A stretch of 64,000 bases of DNA from Kinneretia aquatilis (GCF_002885975.1 NZ_POSP01000003.1:1770440-1834439), one strand, 5' to 3'; shown: positions 40,501-50,327, counted from the first letter of the stretch. Notes: generated by a model not told the origin, from the letters alone. Made by a program: numbers and translations.

Positions 40501-40687
40501 CGGCCGCATCAATGGGCACGGCCGCGCCTGCGCCCAGGCTGTCCACGGTCTCGGTTTCGATGCGGCGGTTCAGGATGTCCTGCTGCTCATTCCACTCGGC
40601 ATCCAGCTGCACCCGCCCCTGCTGCATGCGCACCGCGCGGTAATGCTGGTCGGGCCGGTCGGTCGATCGGGTCAGGTCGGCTTTCAT
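37574..40687 (-). CDS. eCIS distal protein, putative tail fibre/tailspike (beta-helix-like)
   Basis: 1037 aa, last gene of the operon. The central region has short Gly/Ser-rich repeats and Cys pairs compatible with a right-handed beta-helix (ALCKRGHGGGCSKTVGEGGDFATLDEAIERL...HVHGAGQASRLFVQ...). Position matches Afp13/Pvc13-type fibres. Confidence 0.45.
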   Translation of the reverse strand: MKADLTRSTDRPDQHYRAVRMQQGRVQLDAEWNEQQDILNRRIETETVDSLGAGAAVPIDAAGFLLTGAGENISISAGRCYVQGLLCEAATGQTLITQPGLASAISPVLPTQPAGQSLLALPPAQAAPLSQIRVYNAAGAAVAPSEGVYIGYVEAWLRHITPLEAPHIREVALGLPDTSTRDQLVWQVKLLRAGDVSTSLNCLSVEPWASFSQAPDGRMAARAEPTVPPKDPCLLTPEAGYRRLENQLYRVEIHDDGSISGKPRFKWSRDNGSIVSRVTRWLGEPTANEFEVASLGRDAVLAIQAGSWIEFYSELHEQTGQPGTLVQVLKTAGNVVTVDLSSKTGPLDKGLFSVNPRVRRWEGWGQINPAAPNTNTGWVELEDGVELKFAPGRYRIGDFWQIPARTATANIEWPLDSADKPRFLAPLGVLRAFARLAVLRYQGNQWTRLHDCRQLFPSLSELRNLVYVGGDGQQIAPNPIAPAPVPLPRPLEVAVFNGQFPVAGARVRFTASHGQLPGGGLVAEVDTGPDGLASVSWSLSPTVLSQTCSAELLEAGAPAAGKFNRIHFNASLLTAAQVAYDPSNCAEAQAAQVHTVQDAIDALCKRGHGGGCSKTVGEGGDFATLDEAIERLINEKQRDLVLCLLPGDHHFKDSIDVQAPSGTRLHVHGAGQASRLFVQEQEFNLFNFASVELDQFELVWSESWASLRIEGCSQVRLSRLGLSGFTPKGLSLLQIAGASALEISSCRIKAYTGEGLPARLKQVFELLPDFKPLQSSFEVKEGRVFEPLDLRVAEAYAQLSAAQRKSLGAQIANYLRMADTGALALAPEEREALQQFQRELQDEQVPAQQLLATLERWRVGVLLSQGGSALTLADARADTLLADNLFHGQLALYGDASLPEFPQALFQGLSQALKAGRVSLAHGNGRLRLRNNRLRGVRLADEWVQRIDSLIKNGGVLDGCYRSLVGDANIASALSLDLLAYELSLSTTAFERNDDVGVVIADQGKYLGNFAHNDFRLFAFGHVPEKFGNGPLNIVAA

Positions 40688-40716
40688 GGTGGTGTCCCGT
40701 GATGGTTCGCTTCAGA

Positions 40717-42816
40717 TCAATTGACAAAAATCAGCCCGGCTTCGAGGCCGAAACGCAGGTATTCATCGAGGGCCTGGCGCAGATTGGCCTCGCGCTGCGG
40801 TTCTTGGAGCAGGTTCCAGACGCCCATCTCGCCACCGTCCTCGGCGCCGCGGCGGATCTCTGGCGCACAGCTCAGGCGCAGCTGGGCATAGGCCGCATGG
40901 CCGTGGCGCAGCGAGCTGAAACTGGGCGTGATGCGCAGCAGCTCGCCCTTTTTTTGTGCCGGCGACAAGCCCTGCAGCGCCAGCTCGGGCTGGCAGCGGT
41001 AGCGCCGCGGTGTGAGGGCATCGATGGGCAGGTAGCAAAAGCGCACACAGCCCTGCTGGCGCCGCTCGATCTCGACCGCGCCGTTGAACAGGCTGTTGCC
41101 CGCCTCCAGCTGGCCGGCGCTGCAGGCGCCGAGCACGGTGCAGCGGTCGATCTCGAGCGCGGTGTCGGGCAGGACCAGGGCTTGCGGGTCGATCGGCGCC
41201 GGCTGCGCGGCCACATCGGCATCGATGATGGAGGCACTCAGGCTCACGCCGCCGAGGGCCTTGGCCGCTTGAATCGGCCCGCAGATGCTGTGGCTCAGGC
41301 GGATCTGCAACTCCGGCCCATTGCCGCTGTGGCGGATGCCGCCGCGGCTGGGCCGCAGGCTGCAGTGGCGCACATCGAGCGCGCGCAAACCACCTTGCAG
41401 CTGCAGCTCGCCATCGATCCACAGGCCGGAGAAGCCAAAGCGTGTGCTGCTGTTGCCGCGCAGCTTCCAGCTGCCCACCAGCACCGGGCGGCGCTGGTTC
41501 ACCGCCTCGATCAGCAGCTCGCTGTCGGGCAGGTTGAGGTTGGGCATGAGCGCCTCGGTGGCATCGCTGTCGATGCGGATCAGGGTGCGCTGGCCAGCCT
41601 GCACTTGGGCCAGGGCGGCGGCCAGGCTCGGTTGATCCATGGGCACACGGATCAGACGCGCACCCTCGGCCGAGAACAGACCTTGCCTGGCCTCGTCCTC
41701 GGCGCGGGCCGGGCGACGGTCGTAGGGGCCACCGCCGATGTCACCGGGGAAGCCGTAGGCATAGGCCACCTCGACCCGAGCAACCGCCTGACCCGCCGGC
41801 AGAGCGATGCGGCCCAGCACCGGGTCAAAGCCCACGCAGCCGGCCGGCGGGCGACGCCACTGCGGCGGCGCCAGGCCCGGGATCGTGCCCAGATGGCAGA
41901 CGCGCAAGGCCGTCTCGGCCACCTCCACCCCATCGAGCCACACACGCAGCACCGGCCCGCCCGATTCCTGCGAGAAGTAGCGCCGTTGCGGTTCGCGGCC
42001 CTGGGCCAGGTCGGCCTGGATGGCGCTCAGCTCCTCATGCAGGGCACGGCGGGAGAGCGGCTCCGGCACATGGATGGGCTGGGCCAGATCGCTGATCTGC
42101 GCCTCGGTGCGCGGGCGGTTGAAGAGCCAGGATTCGCCGGCCGGCGCCGCTTCGCCGACATCGCGGCCCAGCGGATCGAAGCTGAAAAAGCCCGCCACGC
42201 TGCCCACCGCCGCCGTGCCCCGCTGCACGGCATAGGCCTGCAGGCGCCAGATGTGCAGGCCGATGTGCGGGATGTTGTAGCGACCGGCCGGCAGGGCCCG
42301 CACTTCGGCCGTGTGGGCGCTGGTGTCGAAGGCGCCGTCCACACGCTCCAGGGCCAGGGCCTGGCGCAGATCGGGCGTGCGGACATTGAAGGCCCTCACA
42401 TGGTTGAGATGCTGGGTCCAGCCCAGTTGCTGGAAATACTCGACCGCATGGGCGCGCCAGCCAGTGGTGTCCTGGGCCAGTTGCTCCAGCACCGGCAGCG
42501 TGCCTTTGCGCCGCCGCAGGGCCAGGGTGTTGGCCACGTGGGCGCGCTGGCCAAAAGCCTGGGTGCCCGTCACCGAGTACAGGCCGCGCACACCGAGCAA
42601 GTCACCGATGTAGGGGATCAGCCAGTCCTCGCAGGTCTCGATGAACCAGTTGTCGTAGAGCTGGGAAATGTCCTCATCGAGCAGCTGCCCCTGGCTGGCC
42701 AGCACCTCCAGCAGGGCACGCAGCGGGCCACCCTGCTCGGAATCGCGGGTTTGGTAAAAGGCCGGCAGCCGGCTGAACAGAAAGTCGACATCCAGGGTCT
42801 TGCTGGGGCTTGTCAT
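40717..42816 (-). CDS. eCIS baseplate protein, phage tail protein I (gpI)-like
   Basis: 699 aa; N-terminal block LRALLEVLASQGQLLDEDISQLYDNWFIETCEDWLIPYIGDLLGV resembles the conserved gpI/baseplate-wedge N-terminus; ATGA overlap with the upstream gene. Confidence 0.5.
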   Translation of the reverse strand: MTSPSKTLDVDFLFSRLPAFYQTRDSEQGGPLRALLEVLASQGQLLDEDISQLYDNWFIETCEDWLIPYIGDLLGVRGLYSVTGTQAFGQRAHVANTLALRRRKGTLPVLEQLAQDTTGWRAHAVEYFQQLGWTQHLNHVRAFNVRTPDLRQALALERVDGAFDTSAHTAEVRALPAGRYNIPHIGLHIWRLQAYAVQRGTAAVGSVAGFFSFDPLGRDVGEAAPAGESWLFNRPRTEAQISDLAQPIHVPEPLSRRALHEELSAIQADLAQGREPQRRYFSQESGGPVLRVWLDGVEVAETALRVCHLGTIPGLAPPQWRRPPAGCVGFDPVLGRIALPAGQAVARVEVAYAYGFPGDIGGGPYDRRPARAEDEARQGLFSAEGARLIRVPMDQPSLAAALAQVQAGQRTLIRIDSDATEALMPNLNLPDSELLIEAVNQRRPVLVGSWKLRGNSSTRFGFSGLWIDGELQLQGGLRALDVRHCSLRPSRGGIRHSGNGPELQIRLSHSICGPIQAAKALGGVSLSASIIDADVAAQPAPIDPQALVLPDTALEIDRCTVLGACSAGQLEAGNSLFNGAVEIERRQQGCVRFCYLPIDALTPRRYRCQPELALQGLSPAQKKGELLRITPSFSSLRHGHAAYAQLRLSCAPEIRRGAEDGGEMGVWNLLQEPQREANLRQALDEYLRFGLEAGLIFVN

Positions 42817-45521
42817 GAGCTCAACTCCGTCAGGCGCACATCGGCCAGATCGATCAGCAGCAGCTGGGCCGGCAGGATCTGCGTGCCCTGCCAGCGGGCG
42901 CCGCGCGCACGCAGCCGGCCATCGGGCCCGGCCACCGAGGTTCCGGGCTGGGCACGCAGGCGGTCGAGGTCCACCCGTTCGACGCCGGGCACGCGCTGCA
43001 TCACGCTCAGGACCTCGCTGCCGGCCAGCGACTGGCCATAGCCGCGCGCCTGGAAGCCAAAGGCCTCGGCCAGAGCCTGACGCAGGGCCGGGAACACCGT
43101 CTCGGCGGCATAGGCCGGCTGCAGACGCACCCCCGCGCTGAGGCCAAAACGCAGCAGCTCGCCGGTGGCCACGCGCAGCGGCTGGTGGGCCGGCCGCACC
43201 TGGTCGATGGCGGCCAGCAGATGGGCGTAGAGGGCCGAGCTGGGGGCAATGTCGGCGCCGTCCAGGCCGACCACGGTCAGGTGCACCAGACGCTGCTCGC
43301 CATCCCAGAGCCAGACCGCCTGGGCCTTGCCAATGCCGGCGAAGGCCGCGGCGAAGTCCTCGAAATCACGCAGGGACACGATGCGGTCCAGGGCCAGCAC
43401 GGTCAGCGGCGCATTGCGGCGCGCATCCTCCAGGCGCTCGGGGTCGGCGCCGCCCGCGGCCGGAACCGGGTTGCTGACCTCCTTCACACCCAGCGGCCGC
43501 TCCAGCAGCAGGCTGATCTGCCCGGCCGGCAGATTGCCCTCGCTGCCAATGCCCACGCGGTAGCGGGCCTGCACATTCATGCTGCCGCTGGGCAGGCGCC
43601 GGCCATGGTGGCCATCGCCGAAGATCACGCTGACCGTGCCGTCATCGGCGCGGCGCAGCAGGTAGCGGCTGTCCCGCGGGCCCATCTCGCTGATGCGGGC
43701 GGCCTCCTGCCAGCGCACGCCGTCCACGCGCAGCTCCAGCGTCGATTCGGTGCCCGAGGGTGTGGCGGCGGAGATGTAGGTCAGAGGCTTTTGCTGCAAG
43801 TTGAAGCGCTGGAAAGCGGCGCTGCCGCGGCCGCTGCCCAGCACCTCGGCCTGCACCTTCATCTGCCGGCTGTCGCCATGGCTGGCGGCCACCACATTGG
43901 CATTGATACGCAGGGTCAAAGGCAGGTAGTCATGCACCAGATCGCTGGCCAGCAGCAGGCGGCTGCGGCCCTCGATCAAGTCCTGGCGCAGCAGCTGCAC
44001 CACCTCGCTGACACGCTCCAGATGGCCGAGCAGGCGATCGCCATTGCTGAAGCTGAACACAGCGCTGCGCTCGTCGCGCGCCAGCTCGACCGCGGCCAGG
44101 TGCTCGCCGGTGCGCAGCCGGCGGCGCAGCACGCGGTTCTCTTCGCGCTCGGCCAGCACATGGCCGCTGAAGGCCAGCCAGCGCCCGGCCTCCAGCTCGG
44201 GCTCCGTGCCGGCCAGGCTCAGCTCATGGCCGCTGATGAAGCCCGAGCGCGGCCGCTGCGCCCAGGTCAGCTCCACCGATTCGCCCCAGACCGAGGTTTC
44301 GCGCAGCGCGTTGTTGAACTTGTCGTACAGCTGCTCGCCCATCAGCTTCAGGCGTGTGCTCTTGCCGGCCAGGCCGAAGGCGGCACGCGCATCCTCCTGC
44401 ACCGCCTCGACCTCGTAGACCTCTTCATAGCCTGGCCGCGACAGCACGACCCAGCTGCCGCGCGTAATGCGCGGATAGCTGGCATCCAGATGAATGACCG
44501 TCTCCTGATCCCCCGAGACGCCGGTGATCCTGAAGGCCGGCCACTCGGGCTGCGTCTGGATGTTGACCTTGGAGTCGTCCGGGTCGTCAAGGCCCAGAAA
44601 GGCCGCACGCAGGCTGCGCGGCATGGCCCGCCAATCGGCCGCCGCATGGCCGAACAAGGCCGCCTTGCTGCGCAAGGCATAACAGCGAGGCTGCACGCGT
44701 GCCGGATGGACCGTGGGCGAGTGGTTGCCCAGCGGCCGGTCCAGGGTGACCACGGTGTAGCCGCCCTGCGGATCGACACCGGGGTTCTCGGGCGCCACCA
44801 GCTGCACGCGGGCGACGCGGCGGAAGTCCCAGTTCTCGTTGTCGGGCTGCAGGCGGCGCTCCTCACCGATGATGAGCAAGGCATCGCCCGGCGCCAGGCG
44901 TGTGGACTGGCCGGCCAGGTACAAGGTGGTGCCGCCCCAGTGCGGCGGCACGGCCTCCATGCTCAGCACCGGCATGGCATTCCAGGCCGCGCGGGCCTGC
45001 AGCGGCGCCAGGGTCTCGAAGACCTGGGGCTTCTCGTCCTGGGCCGGGATGCTTTGGGTCTTGCTGCCGGCCGCTATGCGCGCCTGCAGCGGCGCGCCGG
45101 GCGAGGTTTCCAGGTTGAAGGCCAAATAGGTGGAGGCCGCCACGCCGGGGCGCAGCTCGTAGCCGATGGCACGGGCCAGCTCCAGCACCGAGCGGCGCTC
45201 GGTGGCGGTGCGCAGAAAACCTTCGTTGAGCAGGCGCTCCTGGTAGAAGCTCAGCACATCGAGCACGCCGGCCCAGGCCTCCAGCAAGGCCAGGGCCGGG
45301 TCGCTGCGCTCGCGCGTGCTCAGGGCTTGAAGGGCCGGCGCCTGGGACAGCAGGGCCAGCTGGCTTTCCATGAAACGCGCCTGGCTGCCGACCCGGGCTG
45401 AGAGGCTGCGCTGACCCGGCGGGTTGATGGCATCCACAGGCGTCAGCACCGACACGCCGGCACAGCAGCCGCATTGCGCATCCGCGCCGCTGAAGTTCGA
45501 GGGTGACGATGGGGCGCTCAC
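42813..45521 (-). CDS. eCIS putative baseplate assembly protein (gp7/Afp12-like)
   Basis: 902 aa, GTG start overlapping the upstream stop; N-terminal Cys cluster (AQCGCCAGVS) and architecture typical of the large baseplate-assembly proteins following gp6-like genes in eCIS loci. Confidence 0.55.
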   Translation of the reverse strand: MSAPSSPSNFSGADAQCGCCAGVSVLTPVDAINPPGQRSLSARVGSQARFMESQLALLSQAPALQALSTRERSDPALALLEAWAGVLDVLSFYQERLLNEGFLRTATERRSVLELARAIGYELRPGVAASTYLAFNLETSPGAPLQARIAAGSKTQSIPAQDEKPQVFETLAPLQARAAWNAMPVLSMEAVPPHWGGTTLYLAGQSTRLAPGDALLIIGEERRLQPDNENWDFRRVARVQLVAPENPGVDPQGGYTVVTLDRPLGNHSPTVHPARVQPRCYALRSKAALFGHAAADWRAMPRSLRAAFLGLDDPDDSKVNIQTQPEWPAFRITGVSGDQETVIHLDASYPRITRGSWVVLSRPGYEEVYEVEAVQEDARAAFGLAGKSTRLKLMGEQLYDKFNNALRETSVWGESVELTWAQRPRSGFISGHELSLAGTEPELEAGRWLAFSGHVLAEREENRVLRRRLRTGEHLAAVELARDERSAVFSFSNGDRLLGHLERVSEVVQLLRQDLIEGRSRLLLASDLVHDYLPLTLRINANVVAASHGDSRQMKVQAEVLGSGRGSAAFQRFNLQQKPLTYISAATPSGTESTLELRVDGVRWQEAARISEMGPRDSRYLLRRADDGTVSVIFGDGHHGRRLPSGSMNVQARYRVGIGSEGNLPAGQISLLLERPLGVKEVSNPVPAAGGADPERLEDARRNAPLTVLALDRIVSLRDFEDFAAAFAGIGKAQAVWLWDGEQRLVHLTVVGLDGADIAPSSALYAHLLAAIDQVRPAHQPLRVATGELLRFGLSAGVRLQPAYAAETVFPALRQALAEAFGFQARGYGQSLAGSEVLSVMQRVPGVERVDLDRLRAQPGTSVAGPDGRLRARGARWQGTQILPAQLLLIDLADVRLTELSS

Positions 45522-47983
45522 AAACCACCTCGCATGCTCAGCCGCAGCCGGCCGTTCTCAGGGAAATTGGGGTCGTTGTCCAGGCGCAGCACTTCCAGAC
45601 TGGCCGCGAGGATCACGCCCGCTGCCCGCTCGCCCTGGGCCGTGCGGCCCCAGCGCTGGAAGCGCAGCACCTCGACCGAGGCCACCCCCACCAGGGACTG
45701 CGCCGCCTCGACCAGGGCCGAGAGCGCCAGGCTGCCGCCGAAGCTGAAGTGATCGGGGTGGAAGAAAGCCGGCTGGCCCTGGGCATCGAGGCCATTGGAG
45801 AGGCGCGCCAGCAGGCTTTGCTCCACCGCCGCGGCCATGAAGCCGGGCAGCACGCAGACCGCCAGCTCGATGTCCAGCGGCACATAGGCCGGCTCCTGCA
45901 GTTCCAGGTCGTAGCCGGCCAGGCGGTAGCGGTCGAGATGGGCCAGCATCTCGGCGCGAAAGGCGGCATCGAGAGGCAGTCCGCCGCGCCGGTCGATGCT
46001 GACGAAGACCGTGTACCAGCTGCCGGTCCAGCGCAGGCGGGCGGCCGCGCGCTGCACCTGCGGGTGGCGCTCGGCCATGCGGGCGTAATCGTCTTCAGTG
46101 ACGGCGCGCTCCTGGCTGCGGAAGGACTCGGGCGCAAACAGGCGCACGGTGTCGGCGCTCTCGGGATCGCAGCCCCCCTGGGCTGAGAGGGGGTTGCGCA
46201 CGCGCAGCACAAAGGGCCGGATCAGGGGCTCGTCGCAGACCAGCCGGACGATGCTGTCCGGCCCGACATTGCCGGCCGCGCCGCCGCCCTGGCGGTAGCT
46301 GGCCAGCAGGCGCGCGCCGGGCTCGGGCCGGCGGCCAAACTGGTTGTCGCCGAAGCGCAGGCTGGCGCGGCCATCGGCCTCGGTTTCCAGCACGAACTCC
46401 TGCGCAAAGCGGTCGCTGGCCAGCAGATCCCGGCGCGGCGTCCAGCGGCTGGCGCCAAGCAGGATCTGGTCGCCAAACTGGGCCGGGTCATCCTGCTCCA
46501 GATGCATATCGGCCGGCACCGCCCGGCGCGGATCCTGGCGCAGGGCGCGCGCGGCCGACCCGGCCTGGGCCTGATCGTGGCTGTAGGGCTCGGCAAAGGC
46601 AATGCCGGGCTCTTGCAGCCGCGGCCGATAGGGGCGCGCCGCACGGCCGGGGCGATCGGCCGGCACTTCGGGCGGCAGCAGGCTCTCGGCTCGCCGGCTC
46701 AGGCCCTGGTCGGCCAGCACCACATTGCCGCGCATCACTGAGATGGCGCGCCGCACCAGACTGCCGCCTTCCTCGAACTCGGCGCTGACGCACAGCGGGA
46801 AGGGCAAGGCATCGTCCTCATGCCAGCGCAGCAGCCGCAGATCGGTGCCGGTCAGCTCATCGCGGGCTGGCTCGACGGCCAGCAGGCGCAGGGCGTGGCG
46901 GTGGCTGCGCTCGCGGTCGGCCTCGCGGCCCGTCGTGGCGCTGCGGATCTCCTCGGCAATCAGCACCTGGCCCGGCAGCAAGGCCAGCACCGGGCTGTTG
47001 ACCACGGCCGCGCTGGTGGCGCCGCGCGGCAGGCAGTACCGCAGCTCGCCCCAGTCGTGCAGGGCGATACGGTTGTGGGCCGAATGCAGGCTCAGGGCAT
47101 GCAGGGTTTCGAACACCAGGCTGCCGTCCTCGGGCAGGCGGGCCAGCTCGTCACTGCGCAGCACCGGAGCATCCGGGTCGCCGCCACGGGTCAGCAGCAT
47201 GCTGCGCGCGGGCAGGCTGCGACCATCGGCCTGGGGCGCCACCTCCACGCAGACAAAGGCCCGGCTGTTGCAGCCCTCGTGCACCGCGTAGTCCAGCAGG
47301 CGGGCATGGCGGCGCAGCGAAACACGCCGGCGCGCCGTGCCCAGATAGGCCTCGGTGGCCACGGCGTCCTGGCGGTAGCTGAGCAGGTCGCCGACATGGG
47401 CCAGCATCTCGACCAGGGCGGTGGAGAAATCGGCCGGATGGGCGTCCTGCCCGCCGGGAATCAGCTGGCCCATGCGGTCCAGCATCAGGCGGCGGAAGCT
47501 GGCGTAGTCCTTGGCCAGGTAATCGAGCAAGGGCTCGGGCAGGCTGGCGGGTGGACAGTGGTGGGCGCTCTCGCAATCGAAATCCGAGGGGCATTGCGCC
47601 TTGAAGCTGAAGCGGATGCTGGCCAGCACCGGGTCGATGCCGGCGGGCGCAAACTCGGGCGCGGCCGGGTCGATCAGCTGCAGCTCGTACCAGGAGAAAT
47701 CCCCGGCCTGGTCCACCGTCAGGGTCAGCACCTTGCCGCTGGCCTGGGCCGTCAGCACGCGGACGCCCTGGATGCGCACGCCGCCGACGATGCGGCAATG
47801 CGCGACGCTCAGACCGCTGACCGGGAACACGAAGACGAGCTTGAGCGTGCGCTGGTCCTTGCTGGCCACCTCGAGGTAGTCGATGCCGTTGAGGGCGGGC
47901 GGCAGCGTCTGCTCGCGCAGCAGCTGCAGACGGCGCGGGTTCTCGCTGCGGGCCTGGCGGCGCTGGCTGCTGGCGCCGCTCAT
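45518..47983 (-). CDS. eCIS baseplate wedge protein (gp6/baseplate J-like, Afp11 family)
   Basis: 821 aa immediately after gp25 as in T4/Pvc (gp25-gp6-gp7 order); ATGA overlap with the gp25 stop. Confidence 0.55.
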   Translation of the reverse strand: MSGASSQRRQARSENPRRLQLLREQTLPPALNGIDYLEVASKDQRTLKLVFVFPVSGLSVAHCRIVGGVRIQGVRVLTAQASGKVLTLTVDQAGDFSWYELQLIDPAAPEFAPAGIDPVLASIRFSFKAQCPSDFDCESAHHCPPASLPEPLLDYLAKDYASFRRLMLDRMGQLIPGGQDAHPADFSTALVEMLAHVGDLLSYRQDAVATEAYLGTARRRVSLRRHARLLDYAVHEGCNSRAFVCVEVAPQADGRSLPARSMLLTRGGDPDAPVLRSDELARLPEDGSLVFETLHALSLHSAHNRIALHDWGELRYCLPRGATSAAVVNSPVLALLPGQVLIAEEIRSATTGREADRERSHRHALRLLAVEPARDELTGTDLRLLRWHEDDALPFPLCVSAEFEEGGSLVRRAISVMRGNVVLADQGLSRRAESLLPPEVPADRPGRAARPYRPRLQEPGIAFAEPYSHDQAQAGSAARALRQDPRRAVPADMHLEQDDPAQFGDQILLGASRWTPRRDLLASDRFAQEFVLETEADGRASLRFGDNQFGRRPEPGARLLASYRQGGGAAGNVGPDSIVRLVCDEPLIRPFVLRVRNPLSAQGGCDPESADTVRLFAPESFRSQERAVTEDDYARMAERHPQVQRAAARLRWTGSWYTVFVSIDRRGGLPLDAAFRAEMLAHLDRYRLAGYDLELQEPAYVPLDIELAVCVLPGFMAAAVEQSLLARLSNGLDAQGQPAFFHPDHFSFGGSLALSALVEAAQSLVGVASVEVLRFQRWGRTAQGERAAGVILAASLEVLRLDNDPNFPENGRLRLSMRGGL

Positions 47984-48348
47984 GGCAAGGCCCTCGAAAA
48001 GTTGGCGAGCTGGCGCTCGCGATCACGGCGCACGATGTACTGCACGCTGACCTGCAAGCGCTCGTCCACATGCTCGATCTGCACACCCTCGACCTCGATC
48101 AGCTCGCCCAGCCACTGCTGCAGCGAGCCTTGCACGGTGGACTGCAGGGCGGCGGCCAGGGCATCGCTGTTGGGCGCGAACACCAGCTGCAAGAGGCCGC
48201 AGCCGAAATCGGGCCGGTTGACGCGCTCGCCCGGCTGGGTGAAGAGCACCTGCTCGATCATCTGGCGGATGCGCGCATCGGCCTCGCGCTCGGCGCTGCG
48301 GCCTCGGCTGTCGATGCGGTAGGGGAACTCGAGGGTCATCGCTGCCAT
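47980..48348 (-). CDS. GPW/gp25-family baseplate wedge protein
   Basis: 122 aa, GPW/gp25 signature RPDFGCGLLQLVF and the conserved EPRV-like segment. Confidence 0.8.
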   Translation of the reverse strand: MAAMTLEFPYRIDSRGRSAEREADARIRQMIEQVLFTQPGERVNRPDFGCGLLQLVFAPNSDALAAALQSTVQGSLQQWLGELIEVEGVQIEHVDERLQVSVQYIVRRDRERQLANFSRALP

Positions 48349-48355
48349 TCCTCAC

Positions 48356-48679
48356 TCAGAGTGCCGACGCGCGCAGCTGCGTCATGGCGATGATCAAGGG
48401 CGTGCCGGTGGGCGCACAGACGGAGCTGCTGGACTGCAGCACCAGCGGCTGGCCGCCGGCCAGCACCCGCGTGCTGCCGGTCAGCCATTGGCCGGTGACG
48501 CAGGGGCCATTGCCGGCGGTTGGTGGCGGCATGGAGCAGCCGGCAACTAGATAGGGCGCAGCGATGGTGACCACCGGCTGGCCCGAGACCAGCACGCGCG
48601 GAAAAGGCACGCTGGGATTGGCCTGGCCGCCGTGCGAGCACAGCACCGTGGCGCCGACATGAACGATGAAGCCTGGCAT
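48356..48679 (-). CDS. PAAR-domain spike tip protein
   Basis: 107 aa, Gly/Cys/Pro-rich PAAR-like repeats (VLCSHGG, GNGPCVTGQ, SSSVCAP). Confidence 0.7.
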   Translation of the reverse strand: MPGFIVHVGATVLCSHGGQANPSVPFPRVLVSGQPVVTIAAPYLVAGCSMPPPTAGNGPCVTGQWLTGSTRVLAGGQPLVLQSSSSVCAPTGTPLIIAMTQLRASAL

Positions 48680-48702
48680 GGCGGTCGAAGCTCCTGTTGC
48701 GC

Positions 48703-49218
48703 TCAGATCACCGTCAAGGCGCCGGCGTTGATGTTGACGCTGGGGCCGTTGAGCATGATGGTGGCGCCCTGGCCGTTGCTGATGGTGATGCCCAGCTCGT
48801 TGATCGAGATCAGGGCGCCCGCGGTGGTCTTGAGCAGGATGCCGCCGGCCGGGCCGGGCAGGTCGGAAATCATCAAGGCGTTCTGGTTACCGGTCTGCAG
48901 CACGATGCTGGGCGAGACCGGCAGGCCGGCCAAGGCCAGGGCCGGCACATCGGCCGCACTGCCCCAGAAGCCGCCGACCCAGACCGGATGGTCCGGGTCG
49001 CCCTGCTCGAACTCCACCCAGACGCCCGCGCCGATCTGCGGCAGGCAGAACAAGCCGGCCTGCTTGCCGGTGAAGGGCACGCAGGCCATGGCCCAGCTGG
49101 ACAGGCCCAGGCCCATGACATCGGGCACCTGCACCTGCAGGCGCCCCATCTGCATGGGGTCGATGTTGTTGAGCACCACACCGCGGTACTTGCCGTAGTA
49201 CTTGCCTTCGCTGCTCAT
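48703..49218 (-). CDS. phage baseplate assembly protein V (gpV/gp5-like spike)
   Basis: 171 aa; N-terminus MSSEGKYYGKYRGVVLNNIDPMQMGRLQVQVP is the classic gpV OB-fold start; ATGA overlap with gpD. Confidence 0.8.
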   Translation of the reverse strand: MSSEGKYYGKYRGVVLNNIDPMQMGRLQVQVPDVMGLGLSSWAMACVPFTGKQAGLFCLPQIGAGVWVEFEQGDPDHPVWVGGFWGSAADVPALALAGLPVSPSIVLQTGNQNALMISDLPGPAGGILLKTTAGALISINELGITISNGQGATIMLNGPSVNINAGALTVI

Positions 49219-50327
49219 GGGGGCACCATCGGAAGGGTTGAGATGAGACCGTTGCGGGTCAGAGTGAAGTTCTGCTTGAACTCGCCGGGTTTGAAGCTGC
49301 TGGTGACCGACTTGACGTAGTACATGCCGTCGAAGGCCACGCCAGCGCCGCGCACGCCGACCAGCTCGCGCGCGCGCAGCACCGTGCCATAGCGCAGCAC
49401 ATCGACGGAGCCCGTGGCCTGCACCACATCGGCCGAGCCGGCCGCCGCCGCCATGCCCTTGGACAGCGCGGCCATGGGCGAAAGCTTGGCCGTGTCGCTC
49501 ATCAGGTTGATGGACTTGGGCAAGGACTGCAGCAGGCCCAGCGGCGGATTGAGCAGGCTGACATCGGGAATCGGCAGCGGGATCGGGAACTTGGTCAGCG
49601 AGTTCTGGATGAAGACCACGGGCATGGCCTTCTTGGCATGGTCGATGCTGAAGTTCAGCGACTCGACATTGCTGTGCGCATCCATGCCCAGATTGAGCGC
49701 AGGCTGGGGCAGGCCGATCTTGATCTCCGGGCCCCAGTAGGCGGTGTTCATGCCGGGCGCCGGGCCGGGCACGATGTAGAAGACATGGCCGGCGTCCTTG
49801 GCCAGCTTTTCCAGATAGGACAGATCGGTGCCCTGGTGGGTGGGGATCTTCTCCACCGGCACCGGCACATCGTTGAAGACCTGGGGGATGACCAGGGGCA
49901 CCATGCCGAACATGGCGTACTTGGCCACGATCAGGGCCACGCGAGCCTCGGCCGGCATGGCGGGGTAAGGCAGGCCGTTGAACTGCTGCTGGTCCATGGC
50001 CACCGACAGGTCTTCGCCGGTGATGGTCAGGGTGCTAACGCCGGGCTCGTTGGAGCCGCTGATCTCCTGCTTGGTGATCAGCCCGTCCATCAGCACGCGC
50101 GGCAGGCTGTTGATGGTCAGCACGATCAGCACGCGCAGCCAGGGCACCTGGCCGCCGGCCAGCACCAGCAAGGTGTGCAGAGGGGAACGGTTCTCGATGG
50201 CAAAGCTGATCTGGAAGCCGCTGCGCGAGCCGGCCGCCGAGGTCACCTGGAAGCTCTGCAAGGCCTCCATCACCGGCTGCGGCACGGGCACCGGCACGGC
50301 CGGCCCGACCAGCAGGGTGACATGCAT
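49215..50327 (-). CDS. phage late control gene D-like baseplate hub protein (gp27/VgrG-N-like)
   Basis: ~370 aa from ATG 50327 (MHVTLLVGPAVPVP...); the Phage_GPD-family pattern and the position directly upstream of gpV match P2 gpD and eCIS Afp8-N. Confidence 0.6.
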   Translation of the reverse strand: MHVTLLVGPAVPVPVPQPVMEALQSFQVTSAAGSRSGFQISFAIENRSPLHTLLVLAGGQVPWLRVLIVLTINSLPRVLMDGLITKQEISGSNEPGVSTLTITGEDLSVAMDQQQFNGLPYPAMPAEARVALIVAKYAMFGMVPLVIPQVFNDVPVPVEKIPTHQGTDLSYLEKLAKDAGHVFYIVPGPAPGMNTAYWGPEIKIGLPQPALNLGMDAHSNVESLNFSIDHAKKAMPVVFIQNSLTKFPIPLPIPDVSLLNPPLGLLQSLPKSINLMSDTAKLSPMAALSKGMAAAAGSADVVQATGSVDVLRYGTVLRARELVGVRGAGVAFDGMYYVKSVTSSFKPGEFKQNFTLTRNGLISTLPMVPP

